DNA of 64,000 bases, taken from Camelus ferus (taxonomy: Eukaryota). A model generated the notes under the pieces. It made no database searches, had not been told where the DNA came from, and worked only from the letters and a program-made list of their open reading frames with translations. Position numbers and translations under genes: made by a program. Positions 26,225 to 39,400 of the stretch are shown piece after piece (position 1 is the first letter of the stretch; each line of letters begins with the position of its first letter). Where the stretch lies: the NCBI RefSeq assembly GCF_009834535.1, contig NC_045697.1:101372001-101436000 (forward strand), read 5' to 3'.

Positions 26225-26720
26225 GCTTGGAGGGTCGTGAATATGCAACTAGGAAGCTGGACTTGGTTAGAAAGGCCACAGGGGACTGCTAACTCATTAA
26301 GACAGGGGAAGTATGTGATCTCAAAGTAGAGTAAGTCATCTATGCAGGGGGCAATGAGTAGCCAAGTATTTGAAAATAGCGAAAAAGATTTGGTGCAATG
26401 GTTCTCTGAAATATTCTAGAAAGTCTTTAAGAGATAAATAGGAGATTAAGACACACTGGGGACATAGCCGAAAGGAGTCAGTGTAATGCTGCACAGACCT
26501 CAGCCCAAAAATTGTCATGGCAGATACTGGTTACCTGATAGTGGAGAAAGCAGATAATGGGGTGATTCAACATTAGAGATCAGCAAGGCAATGGAAATGT
26601 TGAACTGTTGAAATGACTAACAGTGGGTTCAGAGGGACAAGCAAGGCTAGTGAAATCTGCAAGGTGCTTATAAGCCAAGATGATAAAGGAAGGAGGGGCT
26701 GAAGGACTGAATTTTAAATA
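26225..26720 (-). mobile_element. Decayed L2 fragment
   Basis: 'ggaagctggacttggttagaaaggccacaggggactgctaa' and downstream purine-rich L2-like remnants. Confidence 0.45.
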
Positions 26721-28109
26721 CTGTGAACTGTAACACAAGAGTCATGGTCACCCAGGTACATCCTGAGTCCTAAGCCACACTGAGTGGTGGACTGAACGAA
26801 AACAATCTCTCCAAACACAATGCAGAAAATCGCACTGGACCAATAACTCCGATGGTATTTGGAGGAAGAGCTGTACTTCTATCACAGATGGAAGGTGATA
26901 TCCCTGTGATTGGAATAGGTTGATCTCTGCACCTTCCTCCAATCAACCACAAATCACCTAAGAGCCAGTTTGGTGCAAAACAAAATTAACAACATAGAAT
27001 TCGTTTTGGTTAGATTCAGAAAAGTGTACAGGATTTTCATTGCTAACATTGTCATAACTCCTATCACTCTGAAGAGAAACATTAACTAAACCAGTACAAT
27101 AGGATATTATGCCATCTTTCTTTTATTTATGTAAGCTGAATTAAAATTGAGCATTGTTTTACTGATTATAATTACCTCTCTTTTATAAGCTAAGACCTGA
27201 ACTCATAAGAAGTGTGTGGGAAACTGTCAGCAAAAGGTACTAATTTCATGAAAACACAGGACAAATACAATGTAAATCAAAGCTACCATTCATTTCCAGC
27301 TAATAAGGTGCCCTATTTTTTTCCCAAAAAACACATTATTTCATTGAGTTTGGTCTGTTGGTTTTTTCCAGCCCATTAGATTCTCACTTAATGAGATTTT
27401 TCTCCCTGAAGAAAATTGAGATTTTGAATCAGTATAGCCTTCTATAGAAAAATACAGAGCAGTCTATTTGCATGAATATCCTAAGTCTAGACATTTGGAT
27501 CAGTGATAGAAACATGTGGGAATACATTTTCATCTACTCAATCATGTTCTTAATACTTTTAAATTCATTTATGCTGTGTAACAAATATTATTTGTAGGAC
27601 ATAGCCCTTCAGTCAGTCGTTTACATATTCCACTGCCATGGTTTAAAAAGATTTCCAAACATAGAATAATAACAGAATGAGATGCAAGTAAGTATAAATG
27701 TTTGACTCTTATCACTGATGTCTATTTAAAAATCACCTGGACTTTTATTAAGTCACTCATGGTGAGTCTGGTAGTCAGCAAAAAGAATAATCTCTTTTCT
27801 TATAGAAAAATCTTAAGCAGAATGAATCAGAGTAAAGCTAGATTTGAAATGGAACTTAGAGGTCATGTCTATGGGTTCTTAAACTCAGAAGGCCCACAGG
27901 TGACGCCAGCCCCACAAGTTACACTTGTGCACATGCATTTGGAGTGGGGAGAGAGAGGACACTGGGGACAATATACAGAGATTTCAACAGATTCTTAAGG
28001 GATTCTATGGCTCTGAAAGAAAGTAGGAATAGTCACTTTCTCTTTCCTCTGCATGAGATTTATTCTCTATATTCTATACATGTAGAGTAAACTCTTTATT
28101 CTTATTCTA

Positions 28110-28220
28110 CATCTTAGGAAATTGAGACCTAAACGGGGAATAAAGTCACCCAAGGTCATGGAACTACTTAGTGGTTCAGATAATGCTGGACTCCCAGATT
28201 ATGATCAAATGCCCATTCTT
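28110..28220 (-). mobile_element. MIR fragment
   Basis: 'ggaaattgagacctaaacggggaataaagtcacccaaggtcatggaactacttagtgg'. Confidence 0.65.
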
Positions 28221-28323
28221 CTTCCCACACCACCACTATTCAGAGGACTTCACTGTGAAATCTGAAAAATGGAGCTTTTAACTCCCTTGTTGATTGTGGT
28301 GTCAGACAGGGTTAACAACACTG

Positions 28324-28740
28324 TGTTAGAGACGGCAGACAGATAGATATGAGCAAAGAATGTAACCTTTTGCTCATTGTGCCCTCATTACAATAAAATT
28401 AGCCTTGCAGATTAGAAGTGCCCTTCACGCACCAACACCATGACACTTCCCGTCCAGACTAAATAAGAACAAAAATCCCTCCACCACTCGGGAAGGTGGA
28501 GATGGGATGGAAATCAGGGAATACGACCCCGAACTCTTCCGTCCTTGATGAATATTCCGCCCATTCATTTTACACTCCATGTAACCAACTTGCCAAAGAA
28601 ACAGCCCAGCCGCTCACCTGAGCCTGCCCGCTCTCCCCTTGGAAGCGTACTAGCCATCCCTTAATAAATCCTCTCTTGACTTTCTTGAGCTCTGTGTCTC
28701 GTCTCTGAATTCTGAGACAAGAACCTCATTACCAGCAACA
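28324..28740 (+). mobile_element. ERV1-class solo LTR
   Basis: TGTT...AACA inverted termini, AATAAA at 28663-28668, 4-bp TSD actg/acgg (one mismatch), several retained CpGs. Confidence 0.8.
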
Positions 28741-30231
28741 ACGGCTCTAAAGGGGTAAAAAAATCAAGAGAAAGTGAAAATAAAAATACAAAAGTATCAA
28801 AAATTAATGAGTGATTTAAACAGTAATTTACTTCTATTTTCCAGAAATGTCATACATACAAAATATGCTTAAATAAACCCATGTGTGCTCGTTCCAGCAG
28901 ATGACTGGCGATACTGTTAAAAGAGACTGAGACAAAATAACAGCCATGTCTGGGTAGCAGCGTACAGACAAGTATTCCTCTGTTCCTTTATATTTTTGGC
29001 TTCTCTCAAGAACAGATTTATAATTGCCAAGTTTGGGATCAGGAGAGAGAAATTTAAAAGACACAAAGGGAAAAAAAAAATGGAGTTTTGTTGTTTTTTT
29101 CTTTTAAGAATGTCAAGTGATCACACCTTCACGTCTCCTCTGTCACTCTTCTGTTCTTTTCCTTCCTCTGGAACAAACACTGTGGAACTTAATATTGGGA
29201 ATTTACTTGGAGGGGGAAAAAGTTCAAAGAAGTAATATACCTTTGTACTCCAAACCTAGGGGAGGAAAACAAACTTTAATCTGTCAGCTACAAGTTTTAA
29301 ACACTGTTGGGGTAGGTGACTTATTCAGTTTGAGACCCTAGCATCTGCCATGACATTTACTCAGGATGGAGGGGAGCTCAAGAAATGGGCTCTGCAGAAA
29401 GGCCATCTGACTTCAAACCCAGGCTCCCTCTCTTTCCAGCCGTAAGACCTCAGGCAACATATTTAGCCTTCCTGGGCCTCTGTATCCAACACAATGAGGA
29501 CAACAGTTGTAACGTGCCTGAATTTGGATCTCCCCAAAGCAGAACCTGATGAGCTCTTGTGTGTAAGCAGTGTGCTTGGAAGATGCCTCTGGGAGGAGTG
29601 AGGAGTAACAGGGGAGAGACAGAGCCGCATAGGAGCAAATATTCAAAGCTGCTCCCACAAGCGATGGAAGCCGGCTTCCGCTGAGACCTCCGAGAGTACA
29701 GAGAACCTCTTAGAATTGCTGACCCAAAGGCGAGGAGGCTGGAGCACTTACCCACCAGCTCTGGCACCCCTGTGGTTGAGGGCTGCCCTGGGGATGTTAA
29801 ATCCCCCTCACTTTTGTGCTAGGTGCACGAACAGACCTGGTGGCTTCCAGCAGCTTTGGAGAAGGCCTGGGACAGAAAGCAGATTGACACACACAGACTT
29901 GAGCTGAAACACTCAGCATGAGTCTGAGCTCACACAAAACTACCTGCCACACCGATGACTGAGATCAGAGTGGAGTCAAACAACGGTGACATGGGGCGCT
30001 GAGAGCACTGGCTATGTTATCCACCTCAAAGCCCTGCTGGAGGGATTTAATAAAGGCATTCATGTTAAAGGGTTAGAACCACATAAAAATCAATCAATCG
30101 TGTTAGCTGTGATTATTAGCCTTTTGATATTTATTAACTGCCTGCCAGATGCCAGGCACACTGTACCCCGTGGTACAAAAATAAGAATAATACATAAGTA
30201 ATAAATGAATAAACATCACAGACTCTGCTCC

Positions 30232-30886
30232 TATTACCAAACCAAACTTGGGTCAGGAGCGCTAAAGCTAATCTACTGACAGTGGGTTGTGTGAAGGAGA
30301 GGGCAGTGTTTACTGCAGGTGCCAAACAAGGAGTGTGGGCAGCTGATGTTCAAAAAACCCAAACTCTCCAGCGGGTTTCAGGGAAGAGTTTTTAAGGGTA
30401 AAGTGAGGGAGGGGAATCACAGGGCGTGTGACCAACTAGCGCAAAATTCTCTGGTTGATGGTGAGGTAACAGGGTGGGGTCACAAGGGTTAACATTATGA
30501 ATCCTCAGGCTCCAGCTGGTCTGGGGGGCTATGTGCTCATGGTCACCATGCAGTTAGTTTCTTCCATTTCTTGGGGGTTTTAGTATCTGTAAAACAACTC
30601 AGGAATGTGCATCAAATAATGTTATCTATGTACTTCAGGGAGGAACTAAGGATTCTGTGACTGCCGCACGGCTGATCCACTGTTTGAATTGTTACCAATT
30701 CTCCCGGCCAACTGCTACTTTTGTCACTCTTTGTTCACATCCTTTCAATCACTAATTCCTGAGCCAGGTTTTTGTGACTCACAGGAGGCCTAGGAGACCA
30801 CAGCTATTCTACAAATAAGAGGCAGGCAGAGAACGTGGCGGGGAGATCACTTCTGGGAAAGCCCTACAGGGCCCTGCTCAGTTATA
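30232..30886 (-). mobile_element. ERV1 (MER4-group-like) solo LTR inserted in an L2 remnant
   Basis: Termini 'tattaccaaaccaaacttgggtc'...'ggccctgctcagttata'; 'aaagctaatctactgacagtgggttgtg', 'tttcagggaagagtttttaaggg'. Confidence 0.75.
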
Positions 30887-31049
30887 TCTCAATCTAGTCA
30901 AAGTCTATTAGAGGCAGCAAAGAATCAAGCATTTGTCACCCAAAGAAATGCATTTGTTGATGAAGGCATACATTGAGCCTAATTGTTACCCAATACAGGG
31001 AGAACACACTCTGCCCAGAGATCACAGCAACCAGAAAGGTTTCACGGCA

Positions 31050-31680
31050 GATGCTGTGTCTGCACAGCATCTGGACAGATAAGTAGGAATGGCCTCAGGA
31101 GGAGAAGCATTTCATGCAGAGGGAGCATCGTATATACAGAAGCATGTCAGAGGGGCAAGAACAGCCTAGAGGCTCAAGGGGGCTGGAACCTAGAGCTACA
31201 CGGACGAATGTCAGGAAGCAAAGCCGAGCTGTCAAGAGGAAAAGCATGATAGTGCAGGATCAAGGGTAGCTTTGGCCTTAGTTTGGAATTAATTTCATAG
31301 GCAATGGGGAACAGAGGCAGGATTCATGTTTTAGGAACTTGTTAGCAGGGTGGAGGACGGATTGGTGAGGAACAACACTGGGTGCAGAAAGAATCAGACA
31401 GAAGGCTATTGCAATAGCCTGAGGTAAACGTGAGGAAGGCCAACTCGAACTAGAAGCAAGGCAGTGAAGATGAGAGGTAGAATTTATACGTTCAGGTGGC
31501 TAAATATATATGAAAGTTCAGAAAGGCTAATTTTTCTAAGATGACCTCCAGGTTTCTGGCTTAAACAGTTGATTGTTTAGTAATGTTTTCAACAAAGACA
31601 GGAAATTTAAAAAGAGACTCCGTGTCAGAGAAAGGAATTAAAAAACAGTGAGTCCATTTTGCACGTGCTGACACTGAGGG
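31050..31680 (-). mobile_element. L2 fragment
   Basis: 'gaaggctattgcaatagcctgaggtaaacg...aagatgacctccaggtttctggctt'. Confidence 0.7.
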
Positions 31681-33229
31681 CTCTTCCAAGCTCACAGGGC
31701 CCACAGCTGCTGGGCTTTGCTTCCACGGCAAACTCAGCCAGAGGGACCACGCTGAGGTGAGAATGGCCCAGGGAGCTTCCCATGATGCACTGCGGGGAAC
31801 TTTCAACTACTTTCCTGGGCACCAAACTGAAACCAGACCTTGATAAATAAACGTGCAATATTTTAATAAACTATAGCTAAGCTACAGACAACCATTTTTT
31901 TTAACACCACTAATTTACTATGTCCTCATTAGAGTAGGCATTCAGGGCATGACAGGCGTTTGAAAACATGATATGGATTAATGATGTGTCTGAAATTCCA
32001 CCGCTGATAGTTTATCACTCTTAAAATGTTGTGCTTTCCAGGAATCTATATTTTAAAAGTGCAAATACCTTTAGATCCATACATAGAGGTGTTATTACTC
32101 ATTAACAAATCGATGTTTTTCTTCATTAATCTAGTTGAAAGTAAGACACTAAGGAAGCAGGAGATTTGATGGGGCGGGGGTGGAGGAATGAGGTCCTTTG
32201 AAGCACAGAGGAGAGGAGGGCATGAAAAAAGTCTCTACTTTTTCTCTGGGATCAGAAGTCATTATTAAGAGGCCCAGAATCTTTCCAGAGGTAAGATGGA
32301 CTTGGGGTGGGATTCAAAGGAAATAGGAAATCATTAAAAGCCAACTTAATGATTTTAGCTCTTGGGGCTCAACTTTCAAAATCTAGTACAATGTGGTGCG
32401 AGAAGACTATACTGGAAGCATTAAAAACAGACAGGGTTGTGCTTGCAAAATACTGATAACTCTTTGTTGGTTTGTTTGTTTTTACAAAATCAGTGGGTTT
32501 CTTGGTCATGAGAGTTTGCCAGTATGGGCACTGGTTGATCCCCTTGGCTGGGAATAAAGCCAGTGGCCTAAGTCCAATATCAATGTTCAGTTTTAAATGA
32601 ATGTAAAATTTTATGATAAAGATAAATCTCCATTTACTCATGCTCATATAAGTAAAAGAGCTGCAACTGGTGAAAAGACCTAAGCCCGTCTCTCAGCTTG
32701 TAGAGCAGATGAACTATTCTGACAGATCATTTTTTTCAGTGAATTAATAGCACTGGTTTTCCCACCTAATAAACTGGTACCATGAGCATCAAATCTTCAT
32801 CTCCTCTACTAAGTGAGACTATTCCCACTGCCCTCCCACCACATTCTTTCATTAGGCGAGAACCTCGGGTCAGAGTTTCTTTTACCAATTACAGGCCTCA
32901 TCAATTCCCCAGTCTCAGTTTTAAAAGGCTCTAATAGGAATTTAAGTTTCCTATAACTAACAAGCAGTTCCAACAGCAAAAGAATGAGGAAGGCAAGAGA
33001 GAGTACAGAATTAAAGGGGAAACACATGGGCTCATCTATTTCGGTACCACTCTGTGTCAAGTCCTCTGAGAAGCCATGGTGACACAAGCACGGTGTCTAC
33101 TTCTGCGTGGCTCACGGTCAAGCACAGGAAACAGCTGTGAGGTGTGCAGATCGCCACAAGGTGGGGCAAAAATCCTTAACCACATTAAAAAGGAACCACC
33201 TACCTAGAGATGCAAGACAGGCTGCCAAG

Positions 33230-34690
33230 GAGATGGTGTTAGCCTATCGGTCAGTCAGTTCCTATTAAGGCAGATGCTCTTTTAGATGCTAGAGATCACA
33301 CTCTGGTTGGGAAGTGGAAGAAGAAAGGGTGTCCTGCACCTAGGAAGTGCTGGGAAGAAACGAAATCATGGAAGAGGATGACTGCGGGGGCTCATGAGCC
33401 AGGGTGGTCAGGGAAGGCTTCTTTAAGGACGTGAAGAGCGAGCTGGTCATGAGAAGCTCTGACCTGAAACTACAGCAAAAATAAATTCCTAGGTACGAAC
33501 AAACTAGCCTGCCATATCTGGGGAAAGGAACAGGGCCAACTACAGCACAGCGAACAGAGGGCAGAGGAGAGAAATGAGGAAGGGCAGAGAGAAATGAGGA
33601 AGGTCAGAGGTCCTCAGAGGTGAGATCACGTGGGCCTTTGGATCATGTGGCAGAAGTCTTCACTTAGTTCTAAGTAGAAGCTACTGGCGAGATTTAAAAC
33701 CAGAAATGCTACGGTCTGATGTATGCCGTAGTAGAGAGGTTCTCTGGCAACTGTGTGGAGAACCCATTTTAGGGGAGCAAAAAACAGAGTCCAGGACGCT
33801 GATTAGGCTGTGGTTCAGGTAAGATGATGGTGACACAAATCCAGGGGTGAGATCACAGTGGCTTGGACGGGGGCTATAGATCTGGAGATGATGAAAATGT
33901 GTAAGATTCAAGATACATACTTGGTAATGAACTGACAAGACCTATTAATGAATCTGATACAGAATAGGAGGAAAAGGGAAATCAAGGCTTACTGTCAGGT
34001 TCAGTCTAAACGGTGCTATAAATGGTACCACTTTTACTGAGATGAGGAAGGTTTAGAAAAAATTTCAAGAGTTTCCTGGCCATGTTTAGTATGAGATTCT
34101 AATTAGAAAGCCAACTGGAGATAAGGAGATAACTGGAGACATGAGTACAAGAGAGGCAAAAGGGAGGTCTAGGCTAGGGATATCATTTTTTGAGCCATTA
34201 GAGAATAAATAGTTCTGAAACTCCCCCAACAAGATCCTGTGTTGTGTCATTAAACTTACACGTATGAGGCATCTGCAGTGTGTAAAGCGGATGCCAGTCC
34301 TCGTGCTGGGATAAACAGGATGGCTGTCCTAAGGAGCTTCCAGCAGAGTGTGTGCCTGCATGTGTCTCCGGGGTGGGCATGGACATAAATAAGTAAAACA
34401 CACAGCAGAGGAAATAGCTATAAAAGAGACCAGAGCAAAGTGGAGCGGGGATCCAGTGAAAGATGTGATTAATTCCAACCGAACAACCTGTTCCTTGGAG
34501 GCTATAACATTTCAGGTGACCCTTAAATAATGCGTGGATATTGGTAGGTGGATGAAGAGGGATAGGGTTGAAGGTCCAGTGTGGGCAATAGCAGGGAGGT
34601 ACAAAAGCGAATACAAAACAGCATGGTGGAGCTGGAAGGAATGAACACATAAATGCAACACAGTCCCCAACAGGGAAGGAGCTTAAGGTC
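33230..34690 (-). mobile_element. L2 fragments
   Basis: 'gggtggtcagggaaggcttc', 'aggctgtggttcaggtaagatgatggtg', 'gattcaagatacatacttgg...gacctattaatgaatctgat'. Confidence 0.75.
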
Positions 34691-36159
34691 TATGAAAGGA
34701 GACCTACATGTACACAAATAATGAACGTGGCTATCCAAAGAGGTCGGAGGAGGGTGTGGATGAAGGATGACAGCATACTGACACTGTGAGCTGATGCTTT
34801 AAAGACCCATTCTAGCAGTACCATTGCTCCCCCAGTCTGAATCCAGGAAATAGATTCTCTTAGAAACTGATGATGGAAATAAAAATCAAGAACCATCCTC
34901 TGGAGACGGGCCAGGGAGACCAGGCTATTATGCCTGCAAATTCATAGTAAAAACGGGTCTTGCTGTCTTTTGCACTTTGTCATGCACCATAGCATTCATT
35001 TGACTATAATTAATATCAGCAAAGAAATTAGAACACTGGTGTGGCATGAGAGCAGACATAAAATCCAAAGGTCACGGTCTTCTACTAAAAAAGTTACCTT
35101 ATTTGCATTTACTCTTGCTTGCAAACCATTGCCAAGGCATAGACAGATTATTTACCATGTACTTATGTCCTTATATTTCAAGGTGGCACAAGTCTCTAAT
35201 TGAACAGACATTGTTCATTATTTAAAAAATCACATGGGCTATGCACACAGGCACGCATGCAAACCAATGCACATGTGCACTTACTTCTCTCGCTATAGCA
35301 GATACACTGAGATACTTCTTAATCTGAGATCTACTGATGAAATTATTTTTTACTGGATGGGCTACACTTTGCTTGAGCTTCAATGTGTATGTTTGTTAGA
35401 GAGCAGACATGACAGAAGATCCTGCAGTCTCTGTATTCCTGAAGTGCCTTAATTTTGGAGCATGAATCACAAAGTAGAGATATGTGAAGAAGAAATGCAT
35501 GAGTATGGAACACGTAAGCAGAAAATACTCTTCTGTCAGACGTAGCAGAAGGGCAGTGACCAAAATTTCTCCTGGTGCTGTTTCCCCAGCAGAGAATTAA
35601 ATTGGTCTGAATTTCTGGAGGGTAATAGCCACCTGGTCTGATGCGTAACAGAACAGTAGGGAATACCTGCCCTCCATCACTGTTCACAGGGCTTGGTCAC
35701 AAGCATCGTTATTACCAGGCAGTATTGAAAACTGAGATGAGAGGATCCAGTATAAAGCCACTGTGGGGCTTTGTTTCATGTCTTCTTTTTGTTTTCTTTC
35801 ACTTTTTGTTAGTGTTCTTTTTAAGAGGAAAGAAGTTACGTGTACACAAATGTAATCACAGAGGCTTTTCTTAAACCCATTGCTCACAGTACTCAACAAT
35901 GATATCTCCCTTCCTATCTGGAGTGTATAATTCTAAGATGATCAGAGAGAAACTCGCCACCTGGACGAAATAACTAGTTTCGGGGGCCTGCCTGCAACCG
36001 CCTGAACCAAGGTGCTCACACTGGTGTTGGTAACATACATGGAATCAGTGCATCTAAGGTGAAGACACCTCAGGGCTCCTTCTCTTCCAGCCGCTCTTCA
36101 CCGTGACATTCCTTCAGCCTCAGCTTGAAGACCAGGATGAGAAAGTGCTCTGCCTCCCT

Positions 36160-36335
36160 CCAGAGGCAGAGGAGTCAGATTGGGACAGCTCTGATAACCA
36201 GAAAATTCTTCTTTTCATCTGAGTTGAAATCCGCTTCATGTAACTTTGATCCATTTGTTCTTGTTCATCCACTGGAAACTACACTGAGCATAATGCCTCT
36301 ACATTCAGCATGTGAAATATCTGAAGGCAGGAATT
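36160..36335 (-). mobile_element. CR1/L3 fragment
   Basis: 'gacagctctgataaccagaaaattcttcttttcatctgagttgaaatccgcttcatgtaactttgatccatttgttcttgttc'. Confidence 0.7.
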
Positions 36336-36489
36336 ACCAGTATTCCGACGACAGCTACTTCATAAGCACTTATTTAATTATAAGTACCTCATACATACTC
36401 GCTCTCTATTTTTTCAAATCAACCATTCCATCTAAATCAATGAGGGTCACTCATTGATTTTCGTCTTCTGCATTTTTCGTTTGTCTTTC

Positions 36490-39400
36490 TTTAAATAAAA
36501 TCTTGGTCTTAAACATATTTTAGACTTAACAGAAAAAAAATTGCAAAGAAGAGGGGAGAGTTTACATATACCATAAATACCCAATTTCCTGTACTATTAA
36601 CATTAGTATGGGACGTCTGTCACAATTAGTGACATTATATTGACAAATTATTATTAACTGAAGTTTAGACTGTATTCAGATTTCCTTAGTTTTTAACCAA
36701 TGTCCAGGACTCCATCTAGACACAACGTTACATGAGGCTCCTTTTTTTTTCTTTAATATAAATATAGCTGATTTACAATGTTGTCTTAGTTTCTGGTGTA
36801 CAGCACAGTGATTCAGTTATACATATAAATATATATCCCTTTTCATATTCGTTTCCATTACAGGCTATTACAAGCTATTGAATATAGTTCCCTGTGCTGT
36901 AAGTAGGCCCTTGTTGTTTACCTATTTTATATATGGTAGATACAAACATTGGGGTCCTCTTGATCATGACAAGTTCTCAGACTTCCTTTGTTTTTGATGA
37001 CCTTGGCACTTTTAAGGAATACTGGTCAAGTATCTAGTAGAATGTCCTTAAATCAGAATTGTTTGATGATTTTCTCACCATTAGACCAAGATGATGGGTT
37101 TAGGGAGAAAGACCGTGTTGGTAAAGTGACATTTTTAACATATGTCAAAAGCCCATACTATGGACGTGTCATCACTGCTGATGCTGACCTTGATCACACA
37201 GTGAGGTGGTGTTTCTCAGATTTCTCCACCTGTAGTTGCTCTTCCCTCACCCCTCTTTCCACACTGTACTCTCTGGAGGAACATCACGGTACAGATCCCA
37301 TATTTAAAGAGTGGGGAGCTAAGCACCATCTCTTTGCAGATGGAATATCAACATACATTATTTGGAATTCATTTGCATAGGACATTTGTCTTTGTCCCCC
37401 ATCTACTTATTTTTAAGTCATTTATTTATACCTTTAGAGACCCACAGATATTTATTTTATACTTTGCATTACAGTCCAGTATTGCTTTATTCATTTTGTC
37501 CCTGGAATTATTCCAGCTTTGGCTACTGGAAACTCCTTCAGTTGGCTCCTGTATTTCTTTGAGGGGTTTTATTCGTTTGATTTTGTTTATTTATTTGTTT
37601 ATTCAAGTAGTTCCTCACTTTCAGGCACTGTAAGATTCTATGAGCTCATCTTGTATATTTTCTGGCCCACATCTAAAATCAAACATTCCTCCCAGATGCC
37701 TGGTTTTATATAATTTATACACTAAAGAATGATATTAGAAACCAAGAACTGAGAGTTAGATATGCTTATTGCTATTGGGGTGAAGTTGCTTGGAGGTTCT
37801 TTCAGCTCACAGAGCAAAAAATATGTGTGTATATACTTACCCATGTTATATGCATGTCTAAAAATATTTCCATATGTAACTACTTGCACCTGTATTAAAC
37901 TAAACAGGAGTTCCCATCGATGGCTCCAACTCTAATCCATTACATGAATCATTCTAGCTTCCTCCGTTACTTATCTGCAAATTTCCACTCCCACACTGAG
38001 AAGTCTGGCTCCCACTATCCATTCCCCGTGTACTTAGCTGTTCGAGGATACTTGTAAAGCAATGCCCAAACTGTAACCTGTCCCCAGGTGGGAAGCAATT
38101 TTATGTAGTTCTTATTCATGGTTTCTTTTGACTTTACTCTTAAGGATTCAACTCATTTCCAAACTTACTTAATCAGTATCTATTCCCCCTTACCCCATTC
38201 AGTGAGGCTGTCTCATACTTTTTGTAATACAGTTACATGTTTTGTTAAAGTCTGCATTCTATTCTGGGAATCCTCCCAAGGTACTAATGTTTTTTTTTTA
38301 ATTTGCATACATTAAGGTTCACTCATTGTGCTGGAAAGGTCTATGGGTTTTGACAAATGCATAGTGTCATGTATCCACCAGTATAATTGAATACAGAATT
38401 GTTTAACCATCCTTAAGTGTCTCCCACACTTCACTTATTCAACCCACGTGCCATCATGGTGTCTCACTGCTGTTTTAACTTCAAGTTCCCTTGTGACAAA
38501 TGATGTTGGCTTCTTTTCCTATCCTTATTTACCATCTATATGTTTCCTTTAGTGAGGTGTCAGTTTGGATCCTTTCCCCAGTTTAAAAATCAGATTGTTT
38601 GAATTTTTTAAAAAATTCTTTATATATTTTAGAGAAGAGACTTTCATCAAATATGAATTTTGAAAATATTTTCTGCCCCTCTGTGACTTGTCTTTTCACT
38701 CTCTTAATAAGTGTCATTCGTAGAGCATAAGCTCTTAATTTTAAGAAGTCCAACAGATAAGGTTTTTATTTATGGATCATGCTTCTGGTGCTGTATCTTA
38801 AAAGTTACCACCAAACCCAAGGTCACCTAGATATTCTCCTATATTACTTCTAAAAACTCTGTAGTTTCATATTTTACGTTTTGTACTTCTACATTTTCCA
38901 ATTATCTCTATGATCCATTTTGATTTAATTTTTGTAAGCGATTGTAAGCTCTGTGTTTAGAATTCATTTTCTTGTGGATGAATGTCCAATTGTTTCAGCA
39001 CCATTTGTTAAAAAATATCCTTTCCCCACTGAATTACCTTTGTTTCTTTATCAAGGATCAATTGACTACATTTGCATTAGTTTATTTCTGGGTGCTATAT
39101 TCAATTTCATTAATCTATGTGTCTGTTCTTTCACTGATTCCATACTCTGTTGATTATTATTGCTGTACAGTAAGTCTTGAAATCTGTTGGTATAAGTCCA
39201 ACAACTTTGTTCTTCTGCAGTATTGTATGGCTTTTTCATGTGTCCCAGCTTTCCATATAAAGTTTAAAATAGATTGCTGGGATTTTTGTTGGGAATGCAC
39301 TGAATGTAAAGATCAAATAAGAGAACTGACATCTTGACAGTATTGAGTCTTCCAATCCAACGACACAGAGTATCTCTGTATTATGTTTAGATATTCTTTG

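Larger units (their letters stand above)
16020..31838 (-). other. Possible spliced transcript (unidentified gene, lncRNA or pseudogene); hand-built exon chain only
   Basis: AG/GT-bounded segments in unique DNA at 31838-31696, 29866-29752, 28913-28860, 24729-24670, 23101-22947, 17634-17598, 16770-16743, plus a terminal segment from 16283 with AATAAA at 16045-16040; no recognised homology. Confidence 0.2.

Noticed and set aside
34198..34738. 150-aa and 71-aa minus-strand ORFs
   Set aside because: Overlap decayed L2 sequence; no recognisable domain
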